Shown here in pieces: positions 54,737 through 64,000 of a stretch of DNA of 64,000 nt. The position numbers were made by a program, and so were the translations under genes. Location of the stretch: IMG/VR virus record IMGVR_UViG_3300022752_000032, positions 1 to 64,000 of that record; one strand, 5' to 3'. The stretch is from a virus. Lineage: Duplodnaviria > Caudoviricetes. The notes beneath the pieces are model-generated. The model did not search any database. It saw only the letters and a program-made list of their open reading frames with translations, and was not told where the DNA came from. The first letter of the stretch is position 1, and each line of letters begins with the position of its first letter.

Positions 54737-57561
54737 TAGGCGGCTCCCTTACGAAGTTGGAAGGCAATCTGACGAGAGACAATAGAAGCAAGTTCTCTTT
54801 CATCCATGCCAGCAGAAGGATTAATTGTTATGTTTATCCCAGAACCTGCTCCGCCAGACAGCATTTGAATCATTGCTTTATCACGCTTTGACAGACCATC
54901 GGGGTCAAGTGGTTCAATACGCTCTGGTCGACCTGCTTCACCGATTGTGGCAAGAGTTCCTTCAGCGCTTGGCATTACAACTCCACCTTTTGCAAGAGGA
55001 GTAATTTTTGGGAATCCAATGGTTCCGCCGCCGAATGGCCCAATTTTAGGTAGCGTAATCTTTAAATTACCAAGACTATTATTCCAAACTGATATTAATG
55101 CATTTATTGCACCTTTAACTACTGAAATTACGATACTAAAAGCCTTGCTTACAGCACCTGCAATTCCGCTAAATGCATTTGTTAAAAGACCTACTACATT
55201 TATCAGTGAGGAAATTACACCAGCAACAGTTTTTATAGCAGTAACTAAAACTACACTAATTATTGGAACTATAAATTTTCCTAAAAAATCACCAAGCATT
55301 TTAAATACATTCATAATTCCAGAAAGATCAAAACCATCTATAGCAGTTTTTATTGTTGTAAATGCACCTGTTAACGCACCACCAACAGCAGAAACTAGCT
55401 TTCCAATAGATTCTCTAAATATCTCGCTATTTTGATAAAGAAGAACAAACACAGCTACAACAGCTGCGGCAATTGCAATTGGTGCAGCAAACTGCGCTGC
55501 AAGTGCTCGTAGCGCCGGGGCTAAAAATTGAACTTCCTTAACAAACTTAATAATCGAAAATAAAGGTCCTAAAAGTACTTTTCCAAAAAATACTACCACT
55601 TTAGATATTAATCCAAAGGCTGCTAATAAAGGAAGTATTTGAGCAGATATTCTAAGCAATGATTGACCAAATTCACTATTTAAAAAATCATTTAATTTTT
55701 TAAGAGCTCCAGATAAAGTGTCAAAAAATATTGTTATAGACCCAGAATCTGTAACTGTTTTTACAAGGGTTGAAAACTCTATTAAAAAATTACCAAAAGA
55801 AGGTAAAGAAGAGTCTAAACTTTCACCTATATCGCCGAAGATACCATTTACTACTTTAAGTTGATCTAAGAAAATTCCTAGACCTTTATTGTCGGCTAAT
55901 TTGATAAAGCCACCAATAATATCTCCTAGAAGTCCTAGAAGTTTTGTGCCGTTTACTGCTGCATCTGCAAAAAAGTCTTTTAGAGGGCGTCCATCTATTG
56001 TTTGTAAATTTTTAAATGCTAAAGATATTTTCTTAAAATAATCAAGAAATATTTGACCACCGCTGCCAGGGCCTACATTTGCTTTTACAAGATTCTTAAA
56101 TCCACCAAAAACGTTTCCAAGAATAGTGCCTAAATCTTTTAATATTCCTTTAGCAATTTTAAAACGCTCTCCAAGTTTTCCAGTTGCTTCATCAAGTTTT
56201 AAAGTTTCTTTCCATGAGCCAGTAACATTCTTTAGCCATTCACCAAAAGCATCAATTAAAGGTTTAGCAGCGTTTAAAAGAATTAAAAATCCTTCATAAA
56301 GATTGGCTATTGCACTACCAAAATTGTCTATAAATTTATTATTTGTCTTCCATATGGACTCTAGTCTTTTTATGTTTTCTGATTTTGTTATTACTTCAGA
56401 TATTCTTATTGCTACTTTACCTAAAACATCTCCAGTTTCGGTAAGAAGAGGTCTTAAAGCAGGAAATAAATTTTTTACTAGGTTATCTATTGCTTTTTCT
56501 AGTTGAGGGAAAAGTTCTTGTCCAGCAGCTGCCTTTAGTTTTTTAAACTCTCCCTGTATAGAAACTAAATATCGAACAAAACTTTGGGCTTCTTTTGACA
56601 AGTTAGAGAGGGCATCGGCGTAAGCATCTGCTCCAGATCCTTGTAAAGCAGCATCTCTTGCTTCTGTTGCTTTTATTAAGTTTCTTTCAGCATCTAATTC
56701 TGCTTTTTTAGCGTTGACAACTACTTTACTTGCTTCAACTTGAGAGGCTAAATCAGGACCTGCTTTTGCATTTTCTGCTTCTGCCTTCTTTAAATCATTG
56801 TTACGATCAACCGCTCTTCTAAGATTTAAATCTGCCTCAGCAAACGCAAGTTGAGCCTCTTTACGAGCACGAGAGTTAGGTGGAAGATCTGAAACACGAG
56901 CAAGGGTCTCGCGAGCTTTTTCAAGTTCTAGTGCGGCTTTTTGTTCATTAATTGCAGCATCTTCAGAATCAAAACCTAATTGTTGTATCTGCTCAATTGC
57001 AGTTTCTCTAGCATCATTTACTCCTTTTTGAGCATCTGCCAGATCTTCATATGCTTTTGCTAAATTTCTTTGAGCATCTATTTCTGATTTTGCAGCAGAA
57101 GCACTTTTTTTGGAGTTTTTAGTTCCTGCTTGTACTGCTTTAGCCACCCCAGAAAATGCTAATTTTAATGTCAGTGCGGCTTGACCAGCGGCTGTAAATG
57201 CTCCAGCTAAAGTAATTAATGCTGGAGTAGCAGCGGCTCCAATTATTGAAGTTAAAGAGATAAGTCCTGTACCAAGAAGACCGATAATTCCACCTAATGC
57301 TGTAAGTGCTGGCGCTAACGCATATCCCGCTCTTGTTAAAGATGAAAATTGTTCTTTAGCAGCTATTGATTCTGTTATAAATGTTGAAGGAAATATCCCT
57401 CTTCTATTAGATCTACTAAAACCTCTTTGTATTCCATTAGATATATCTACTCCAGCTTTTTCACCTACTGCGTCCACACCTTTGAAAGATTTTTGAATAT
57501 CTCTTTCAACACTAGTAGTGATGGCGCGAACTACTACATATGCATCACCAACAATTGCCAT
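54736..57561 (-). CDS. Tape measure protein
   Basis: 941 aa helical protein; VGDAYV start; LAKGG..IGEAG..PE end; follows chaperones. Confidence 0.92.
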   Translation of the reverse strand: MAIVGDAYVVVRAITTSVERDIQKSFKGVDAVGEKAGVDISNGIQRGFSRSNRRGIFPSTFITESIAAKEQFSSLTRAGYALAPALTALGGIIGLLGTGLISLTSIIGAAATPALITLAGAFTAAGQAALTLKLAFSGVAKAVQAGTKNSKKSASAAKSEIDAQRNLAKAYEDLADAQKGVNDARETAIEQIQQLGFDSEDAAINEQKAALELEKARETLARVSDLPPNSRARKEAQLAFAEADLNLRRAVDRNNDLKKAEAENAKAGPDLASQVEASKVVVNAKKAELDAERNLIKATEARDAALQGSGADAYADALSNLSKEAQSFVRYLVSIQGEFKKLKAAAGQELFPQLEKAIDNLVKNLFPALRPLLTETGDVLGKVAIRISEVITKSENIKRLESIWKTNNKFIDNFGSAIANLYEGFLILLNAAKPLIDAFGEWLKNVTGSWKETLKLDEATGKLGERFKIAKGILKDLGTILGNVFGGFKNLVKANVGPGSGGQIFLDYFKKISLAFKNLQTIDGRPLKDFFADAAVNGTKLLGLLGDIIGGFIKLADNKGLGIFLDQLKVVNGIFGDIGESLDSSLPSFGNFLIEFSTLVKTVTDSGSITIFFDTLSGALKKLNDFLNSEFGQSLLRISAQILPLLAAFGLISKVVVFFGKVLLGPLFSIIKFVKEVQFLAPALRALAAQFAAPIAIAAAVVAVFVLLYQNSEIFRESIGKLVSAVGGALTGAFTTIKTAIDGFDLSGIMNVFKMLGDFLGKFIVPIISVVLVTAIKTVAGVISSLINVVGLLTNAFSGIAGAVSKAFSIVISVVKGAINALISVWNNSLGNLKITLPKIGPFGGGTIGFPKITPLAKGGVVMPSAEGTLATIGEAGRPERIEPLDPDGLSKRDKAMIQMLSGGAGSGINITINPSAGMDERELASIVSRQIAFQLRKGAA

Positions 57562-57582
57562 GCGCCATCACCTCCTAATCTC

Positions 57583-58029
57583 TTAGCCCAAAGGGGCATC
57601 TAGTACTGATCCAAACGGCTTTTGCATGTCTGGATTAAAATCTGTTGGCGGAACAAACGGCTTCACTGATTGACTGCTTGGGTCAAACGGAGTGATGTCG
57701 CTGTAGTCAAAATCTCCAACAGAGTTGTCAAAACCTGCGTTTTGACTTTTTTTAGTTGTCTTATATTTATAAGTAGTTTCATAGAAATCCCTATAAATAA
57801 TTTCTCTTACTTTGTCTTTGACGTCAACTTGTTCTGCACTAGCGACGGAGGTCATGTCATCTTCAAAAATTACATGGATAACATCTAGCATTTCTGCTAG
57901 TTCCATAGAAGATAGTTGTAGGCCGTTCATCAGTGCTTTCCCGTTAACATAAGGCCAGAGATCTACTGCCCACTCTGCGAGTCCTCTAGCCCCGGTATAG
58001 GACGGCTTGAGTACTGCTCGACCAACCAA
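57583..58029 (-). CDS. Tail assembly chaperone, second (T-like) frame
   Basis: Overlaps the upstream chaperone in the -1 frame, directly before tape measure; start uncertain. Confidence 0.65.
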   Translation of the reverse strand: MVGRAVLKPSYTGARGLAEWAVDLWPYVNGKALMNGLQLSSMELAEMLDVIHVIFEDDMTSVASAEQVDVKDKVREIIYRDFYETTYKYKTTKKSQNAGFDNSVGDFDYSDITPFDPSSQSVKPFVPPTDFNPDMQKPFGSVLDAPLG

Positions 58030-58316
58030 GAAGTTATTTCACCTAATTTTTCAACAGTTACAATTTTGCTAGGATCATCTACCAGTTTTAGAAAACGATC
58101 TAAACTTTCTGGCAATAAAACCTTTGCAAAGAACTTGTCAATAAGAGCAGCTGCCATTCCGTTTGAGTCAGAACCAGCGTCTGCAACCATGTCTAAAAGA
58201 ACTTTACCTTGAAGAGCCGTCTTACATTGGAAATCTTCTCCGTAAAGTTTGAAAGATAAAGGTTGCGTGTTTACATCACCACCGCTACCAAAATCCTTAA
58301 ACCTACCTGTTGTCAT
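57963..58316 (-). CDS. Tail assembly chaperone (G-like)
   Basis: 117 aa; WLVEQYSSRP end; position. Confidence 0.75.
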   Translation of the reverse strand: MTTGRFKDFGSGGDVNTQPLSFKLYGEDFQCKTALQGKVLLDMVADAGSDSNGMAAALIDKFFAKVLLPESLDRFLKLVDDPSKIVTVEKLGEITSWLVEQYSSRPIPGLEDSQSGQ

Positions 58317-58376
58317 GTTGATATTCCTCTTTTCTCATTTGTCTTTTATTTACTATTTTTATAGTAAATATTGTTA

Positions 58377-58760
58377 CTATTTTACCAACTTTAAGTTATC
58401 TGATAGATAGCGATTTGCTTTAGTTCCAGGATGCATAACCGAAGTCGTGTAAATAATCCTTGAACCTCTAACAAATCTCAGCACTTTTGCCCTATCTGGT
58501 CGAATAACATGAGGCTTAGTTCCTTGATGGTGTAGCAAAGCGTAGTCCAGATTTGATCCAATTTTTACATACTGACCCCGAGAGTCTCGTAAATGTCTCA
58601 TGTGGATTGAAGAACGAAGTGCTCCTGTTCTTACGCCAACTTGAGCCTTAGCAGCAGCGGTTATTAGACGACCTTTTTTTGCTAAGTATTTTCCTACATC
58701 ACCTTCAGGAGAGTTAAGTAAAAAATCTAACTCTGCCCTGCGAAATACTACTGTTGCCAT
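58377..58760 (-). CDS. Neck/tail-completion protein (HK97 gp10-like)
   Basis: VRTGALRSSI, YAL..H.GT.PH.I, HPGT. Confidence 0.75.
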   Translation of the reverse strand: MATVVFRRAELDFLLNSPEGDVGKYLAKKGRLITAAAKAQVGVRTGALRSSIHMRHLRDSRGQYVKIGSNLDYALLHHQGTKPHVIRPDRAKVLRFVRGSRIIYTTSVMHPGTKANRYLSDNLKLVK

Positions 58761-58761
58761 T

Positions 58762-59268
58762 TTATGGAACGGCTGCAGTCAGGGTAAGAGTTACAGTTTG
58801 AAAGCCACCCTCAGGGGCTTGAACTTCAACAGTTGCAATAACTCCGAGACCAAAACCAGAAGACTCCCAAGTATCTAATTGAGAAGCGCTATCTAATAAA
58901 ATCCATGCATCATACGCAGCAATTTCTGAAGCACTCTCTATTGTTTCAGCAGAAGGTGGTCTACCGTTCTGACCAACTACTGGCACCGCTCTTGATACGG
59001 AAACATTAATTGTTGCACTCCTTGGATCACTACATCTACGAGGCTGAGTTGCTTCATCCCCAGGGGCACCAACATACATTTGTACAAAAGAAACAACTAC
59101 TTGTTCGCAATCAACTACAGGCTGTCCTAATGTGTAGTATCTACGCAGAGGGAGCGGCATACTGTAAGAAGCGTAAGAAGTAACAACTTGAGCAAGTACT
59201 GCATCTAAAAATACAGCAAGATTTTTGGCGTCACTACTAACAGTTGCCTTATTTATCGTTGTCGACAT
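58762..59268 (-). CDS. Putative tail terminator / head-tail protein
   Basis: 168 aa; position in the morphogenesis block; PEGG motif. Confidence 0.6.
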   Translation of the reverse strand: MSTTINKATVSSDAKNLAVFLDAVLAQVVTSYASYSMPLPLRRYYTLGQPVVDCEQVVVSFVQMYVGAPGDEATQPRRCSDPRSATINVSVSRAVPVVGQNGRPPSAETIESASEIAAYDAWILLDSASQLDTWESSGFGLGVIATVEVQAPEGGFQTVTLTLTAAVP

Positions 59269-59295
59269 TTGTCTCTCCTACTTGTTGTCTATATC

Positions 59296-60438
59296 CTACA
59301 GTGTGTAAATTGGCTCTACTCTTGTGTAAAGTTCAAATGATACGTTTGCTGTAAGTAGGTTAATTACTTCATCAACAGCAGGGTTTGCCAAACTAGGTCT
59401 AGTGCAATAGATGTCATAAACACCAGGCTCTCTTGGACCAATAATATCTAATATTTGACTATAAGTTGGAGAGATAGTTATTGTTCCATTAACACGACTT
59501 AGGCTAATAGAATTTTCTAAGTTCTCTGACTTTGTATAAGAGTGATCAGAAACTGTTAAAGATACATCCCATGCTGGATCATCTTCTAAGAAACTTCCAT
59601 TTATTTCACTTAAATAAAGAACTAGTGCTGAACCAGATGTAAGTACCTTTAAATCATAAGGAGTCTCTGTCAATTGATATGGCTTAGGAATAGGACGACG
59701 TGCTCTAGGAGTATCTGGACTAAATACTTTTGCTTTTGCTCTTGCTCTGTCTGGGTTAGTTGTTTTTAGGAAAAGATCTACAGCATATAAACCAGTTCTA
59801 AGTTCATCAATAAAATCTTGATTATCAAGAATTGTGTATGAAACACCTTGACGAGCAACAGAGGTTACACGTTGAGGTAAGGCGCAAGTATCATCATTTT
59901 CATATAACTTAACAAGTTCAATGGCAAGTAAGCGAGCAGCAGCTTTTCCTGCTAATGGTGGTGGTGTTCCATATGAATAAGTAACTTCAATATTAGAAGA
60001 TGTCCAACTAGCCCCTGGCGTAGCAAGAATTGTAGAGTGCTCTACTAAATAATAATCTCTTGGATCTATTACGTTACCATCTCTATCCCTTAGAGTATGA
60101 ACTCTTATTACTTTACGACCACGAAGACGTACACGAGTGCTTGCAGATGTTCCATCCCCTGAGAAATCATCTTGTTGATATGGTCCTGAACCATTTAATC
60201 TAATATTTTCAACATTTCCTCTAACTAAAGTAGGAGAGTATGTAAGCATAGAGGCGCCTGTGCGGATGTAAGGATCATAAGAAGATACATATCGCTCAGT
60301 AACAGTTGTTACTCCAGAGTATTTTCTTCCAGACATACCCCAAAGTAGGTAGGAAGCTGTTTTTACAGCATCATATGCGTACTGAGACTCTGCATAAGTA
60401 GATCCAAGTTCGTTAACATCTACCCAAAGACTGCTCAT
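59296..60438 (-). CDS. Head-to-tail adaptor
   Basis: LW..SGRKY, CALPQRVTSVARQGVS, TGL..VD. Confidence 0.75.
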   Translation of the reverse strand: MSSLWVDVNELGSTYAESQYAYDAVKTASYLLWGMSGRKYSGVTTVTERYVSSYDPYIRTGASMLTYSPTLVRGNVENIRLNGSGPYQQDDFSGDGTSASTRVRLRGRKVIRVHTLRDRDGNVIDPRDYYLVEHSTILATPGASWTSSNIEVTYSYGTPPPLAGKAAARLLAIELVKLYENDDTCALPQRVTSVARQGVSYTILDNQDFIDELRTGLYAVDLFLKTTNPDRARAKAKVFSPDTPRARRPIPKPYQLTETPYDLKVLTSGSALVLYLSEINGSFLEDDPAWDVSLTVSDHSYTKSENLENSISLSRVNGTITISPTYSQILDIIGPREPGVYDIYCTRPSLANPAVDEVINLLTANVSFELYTRVEPIYTL

Positions 60439-60461
60439 TATTTATACCAATCCTAAAGAGT

Positions 60462-60517
60462 AAGGGCGAACAACGGTTAGTGGTATCAATGATACGACCA
60501 GCACGTCGTCCGCCCTT
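60462..60517 (-). promoter_or_regulatory. Structured intergenic RNA hairpin after the major tail gene
   Basis: 14-bp stem that pairs fully only on the minus strand (two G-U pairs), with an inner GTATC/GATAC stem. Confidence 0.65.
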
Positions 60518-60529
60518 CTTTTACTTATA

Positions 60530-61579
60530 TTAAGAGGTTGGATCCTCTGATGAAGCAATAATGAAGTCAACAGCGTTGTCAGCATTATATGTACTGCTAC
60601 CAGGTACGTTGTACGCAGTAGTAGATCCTTGAGAGGTGAAGTCTGTAACTGCCCAGTATCCATAATCAACAAATGCAGTTCCAGTATCAGCAGCAGAGGT
60701 GATAGTTCCGCTTGTTGTAGTGGTGTATGTAAATGTTGTTGTTGTTGGAACTGCAGTAATTGTTTTAGTACCGTGAAGTGCAGAGTTTCCGTTGGTACCA
60801 GCAATAGTTACAGTATCTCCTACACGGAATCCGTGAGCAGTAGATGTTGTAATAGTTGCAGTAGTTCCAGTGCGTTGTGAGTTACTAATAGTCTTAGTAA
60901 TTTCAGGATGCCACTCGTAGAAGCCCTTTAGACCAGTTGGTGCCCATGAATCGCGAGCGTATGAGTATGGACGCTCTGCTGCAACTGGGAACTCCCAGCG
61001 GCCGTCTGGACCTGCATCAAAGAACTCATTTCCAAGACCGTAGCCTTCAAAAGTGTTTGCAAGTAATCCGTTTTCAATTACACGATCACCTGATTGACGC
61101 AATTTAACATATGGGAAAACCCAGTGGAAGTATGGACGAGTTGTTGCACGCTTTCCATCCTTCACAGCAAATGACCAAACTTCAAGAGCAACGCCGTTTC
61201 CAGCAGGGTCATCTCCAACGGCTGGTGCGGCCCAACCAATTGATGTGCGATCTGGTGCAGCATAAGTTCCTAGATTCTTACGAAGCAGTAAACCTCCTGC
61301 TAACAAAGCAGTAAGTTCTGTATCTGGCTCACAAATTGCCAGTTCCATAGTAATTCTTTTAAGAGTGTCTGGGGCTTTGTAGGAAACGCAAACTGTACCG
61401 TTTGCTGACTTCTCTACGATTTCATCGCCCTCTTCGTACTCTGGTGTAAATGAAGCGCGAAGGAACGCCGAGGTTGTATAACTATCACCTGGTTGGGTGA
61501 GTAGGTTACCTGAGGCGTCCAGTCTAGTGACACGGATCGCCACACCTTGGACGCTTGCCGCGTAGTCCTGAGTGGCCAT
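60530..61579 (-). CDS. Major tail protein with inserted beta domain
   Basis: 349 aa; RVTRLD, YEEGDEI..K.ANG.VC; AAGGAG RBS. Confidence 0.85.
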   Translation of the reverse strand: MATQDYAASVQGVAIRVTRLDASGNLLTQPGDSYTTSAFLRASFTPEYEEGDEIVEKSANGTVCVSYKAPDTLKRITMELAICEPDTELTALLAGGLLLRKNLGTYAAPDRTSIGWAAPAVGDDPAGNGVALEVWSFAVKDGKRATTRPYFHWVFPYVKLRQSGDRVIENGLLANTFEGYGLGNEFFDAGPDGRWEFPVAAERPYSYARDSWAPTGLKGFYEWHPEITKTISNSQRTGTTATITTSTAHGFRVGDTVTIAGTNGNSALHGTKTITAVPTTTTFTYTTTTSGTITSAADTGTAFVDYGYWAVTDFTSQGSTTAYNVPGSSTYNADNAVDFIIASSEDPTS

Positions 61580-61618
61580 ACTGATTTCTCCTTTAGTTGG
61601 TTTTTACTTGTTCTTATT

Positions 61619-62485
61619 TTACGCTGTTAAATCAACTCTGATTGCTAAATGTATAGATGTATCAAAGTAAACCGCCGCTGGGCGAATTGCTTTAATACGC
61701 ATATCATTTTGATTTCCCGCTACATCATAGCTTTGAGCCAGATTGTCAGCTACGACATCAACATCACCAATAAGTGTCTTGATTGTGCCAGTGCCGTACA
61801 TCCATTTGTTTGTCGCTGACGCTGTTGCGCCTGTCTGTGAATCTGGACCATTTCCGGTGTAACCAGAGCCAACAATAATTTTAGTTCCACTAACTGTCTG
61901 AAGGTGGCCTTTTTCTTTATTATCAAAAATCATATAGTTAGCAGATAGAAGACCAGCCATATCCTTTGTCATGTGAATGACACCGTTTTCTCCACAAGGG
62001 GAGGTATCAGACAATTCATAGTCAAGTAATGCAAGTGCACGTTGAACAGAAAGTGCTGTAGTTCCATTAACAAGTGTTGCACTTGCGGCACTAAGTGCTT
62101 TATTTTCGTGGGATTCGCCTTTTCTAATCGCGCCATCCCATAACTCACGCTCCATTGCTTTCTGTGTTCCACCTTCGAGTTGACGCTTAACTCTTGCAAC
62201 GTAGTCAAATCCAGTAAAACCTAATGTTGAGCGATAATCTTCAGCTTCAATAAAAAATGGTTTAATTTCTGTGTAACGCTTAGGGGTAGCATTAGATACT
62301 AACGCACTTGACGTTGTATCAGTATCGTCATAGTTAACAAGACCACGGAGAGTTGTGTCCCATTCTTGTGAGAATCCTCTGATCCATTGATCTTCTTTTA
62401 TTTTAGTATCAGGCTTTGCTACGGTGAATAGACCGAACTCTGAAGGTGTGATCTTTGGAGCTTCAAATATTCCGGTAAAAGCCAT
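61619..62485 (-). CDS. Second capsid protein (candidate pentamer/vertex protein)
   Basis: 288 aa directly after the major capsid gene; P..FGLF, PF, ERELW pattern; synteny recalls Rosebush-type phages. Confidence 0.6.
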   Translation of the reverse strand: MAFTGIFEAPKITPSEFGLFTVAKPDTKIKEDQWIRGFSQEWDTTLRGLVNYDDTDTTSSALVSNATPKRYTEIKPFFIEAEDYRSTLGFTGFDYVARVKRQLEGGTQKAMERELWDGAIRKGESHENKALSAASATLVNGTTALSVQRALALLDYELSDTSPCGENGVIHMTKDMAGLLSANYMIFDNKEKGHLQTVSGTKIIVGSGYTGNGPDSQTGATASATNKWMYGTGTIKTLIGDVDVVADNLAQSYDVAGNQNDMRIKAIRPAAVYFDTSIHLAIRVDLTA

Positions 62486-62528
62486 GTTCTCTATTCCTAA
62501 CTTAAATCTAGTTTTTGTTTATTGTATC

Positions 62529-62553
62529 GGGGGAGCCTATTTCTAGGCCCCCC
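62529..62553 (-). terminator. GC-rich hairpin after the major capsid gene
   Basis: GGGGG(A)GCCTA-TTTC-TAGGCCCCCC; no clear U-tract. Confidence 0.55.
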
Positions 62554-62573
62554 TTCAACAAATGGGTTACGGC

Positions 62574-63998
62574 TTAGTACTCGATTGTTGCTGCAGTCAA
62601 TCCACCAAGTGTATCGCGAAGAGCAGCTGCTACTCCGTTTACATTGATGGTTGATGTTACCTGTAGAGACTCGACGCCAACAAGGGCAACGTTCTCGAAG
62701 GTTTCAACGAACATCTTGTAGTCGTTGGTGCCGACAAGTGTTGAGTCACGGATAACTCCGAGATCCAAAGTGCCGCCATCAAGGAACAAGAATGATCCTT
62801 CAGCAAAGATGTACCAAACAAATGTGTCTGGGAATTCAACCATTGCGCCAGAACCCTGTGCACCGAAAGGAGAAGCTCCTGCTGCGGTGTCTAGAGCAAA
62901 TGTAGCGATGATTCCGCGAGATGCGATATAAGCATCAATCTCTGCATATGCATTGAGAGTTGAATCTCCAGGCATTGAAAGAGTTAGATCTGCTGCCATT
63001 GCGTCTTTAACCCATGCTGGGATAATTGCGCGAAGTGGAGCATCTGCATCTAGACGGTGACGTGCACGGTAAGCAGCAGAAGCACGACCTAGTTGAACTA
63101 GGAAGTCACGACCCATTCCAATTACGGAAGTTGAAGTAACGGCTGTTGATGCTGAACCGATTTTTGCCATAAGATTTCCTTCAGCCTCGCGAGCATGTTG
63201 AATTAAACCAAGCTCGTTGTGACGAGCAATTAATTCAGGATATGCACGGCTTAGAAGGTTACCGAATTGTAGTTGCAAAGTAACAGCATCAGTTGAGACA
63301 GTTGTCTCAGCAGCTGCGGCTACAGTTAAGCTCAACTTTGAAGCTGGGCTTGGTGTTTCTGCTGAATCGTTAGCAGCAGTCCATACACCAACAGCGCTAG
63401 CATATGAGCTAAGTACTGGTGGAGTGATGTAGCGAATACCGCCACGGTCTGCTTGGAAACGAGGTAGTGAATCGCGGACTGGGCGCACTGCTGAGCCAAG
63501 ACCGAAGATGTCGTACTTAACCTCGAAAGGTGCTTGATGTCCACCAGAAGCAACAAGTGCCTCAGGTCCGACTACAGCTTGTACCTTGTCCCAGTTAGCT
63601 TGTGCATCCTGATTAAGGGTGCGAGCCTCTGGAAATTGTGTAGAAATAGAAGCAACAATGTGTTGTTCTCCATCTCCACCATTTACACGGCGTAGGCCAT
63701 GTAGACGCTTGGCCATTGCTTCTGCAACTTCTGCCATGCTTGAAATTGAGCTGCCTGCTGTATATCCAGGAATGTCAGCGCCCGCAGTGATTGCCACTGT
63801 TGCTTCTGTTGTCCGAGATGTTGGGCGGCGGTCAGCCGGTACCTCAATGTTGAGGTTATCTGCGTTATCTGCAGCGGCGGTCACGGGTGCCTCCATAGTT
63901 TCTTGTGCTGTTTGCACAGTTTCTGTTTGTGTTGGTGTTTCAATGATTGCTGCTTCAGCACCTTCAGTAACAACAACTGCTGCTTCAGCTGCAGGAGC
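62574..63998 (-). CDS. Major capsid protein (5' end outside the window)
   Basis: Frame stays open from 62574 to the window edge; ALVASGG, LP..ADRGGI, GTLDLGVIRDSTL..TNDY..F.E; acidic Ala-rich upstream region. Confidence 0.88.
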   Translation of the reverse strand, partial: APAAEAAVVVTEGAEAAIIETPTQTETVQTAQETMEAPVTAAADNADNLNIEVPADRRPTSRTTEATVAITAGADIPGYTAGSSISSMAEVAEAMAKRLHGLRRVNGGDGEQHIVASISTQFPEARTLNQDAQANWDKVQAVVGPEALVASGGHQAPFEVKYDIFGLGSAVRPVRDSLPRFQADRGGIRYITPPVLSSYASAVGVWTAANDSAETPSPASKLSLTVAAAAETTVSTDAVTLQLQFGNLLSRAYPELIARHNELGLIQHAREAEGNLMAKIGSASTAVTSTSVIGMGRDFLVQLGRASAAYRARHRLDADAPLRAIIPAWVKDAMAADLTLSMPGDSTLNAYAEIDAYIASRGIIATFALDTAAGASPFGAQGSGAMVEFPDTFVWYIFAEGSFLFLDGGTLDLGVIRDSTLVGTNDYKMFVETFENVALVGVESLQVTSTINVNGVAAALRDTLGGLTAATIEY

Positions 63999-64000
63999 AT

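Overview
A 64-kb segment of an AT-rich tailed dsDNA phage (siphovirus layout). Two WhiB genes, leaderless promoters and low GC point to a low-GC actinobacterial host, possibly the freshwater acI group (inference). The minus strand carries the core genes. From the right end these are the capsid genes (major capsid truncated by the window edge, plus a second capsid protein), major tail, neck, chaperones, tape measure, Dit, hub and tail-tip genes, then PolA, RuvC-like, SNF2 helicase, Cas4-like nuclease, AAA ATPase, SSB and two WhiB genes; a primase-helicase lies near the left end. A plus-strand island of about 25 kb (6.8-32.1 kb) interrupts this core. It holds G-X-T collagen-like fibers, glycine-rich adhesin-like proteins and three copies of an ordered three-gene cassette, and it abuts a four-gene glycosylation locus that includes a close look-alike of animal collagen galactosyltransferase. 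The most notable observations are (1) a candidate plug-and-socket, branched, combinatorial fiber/adhesin system with sequence traces of cassette turnover, and (2) a candidate phage-encoded collagen O-glycosylation pathway. All family assignments are from motif recognition by eye; no searches were run.
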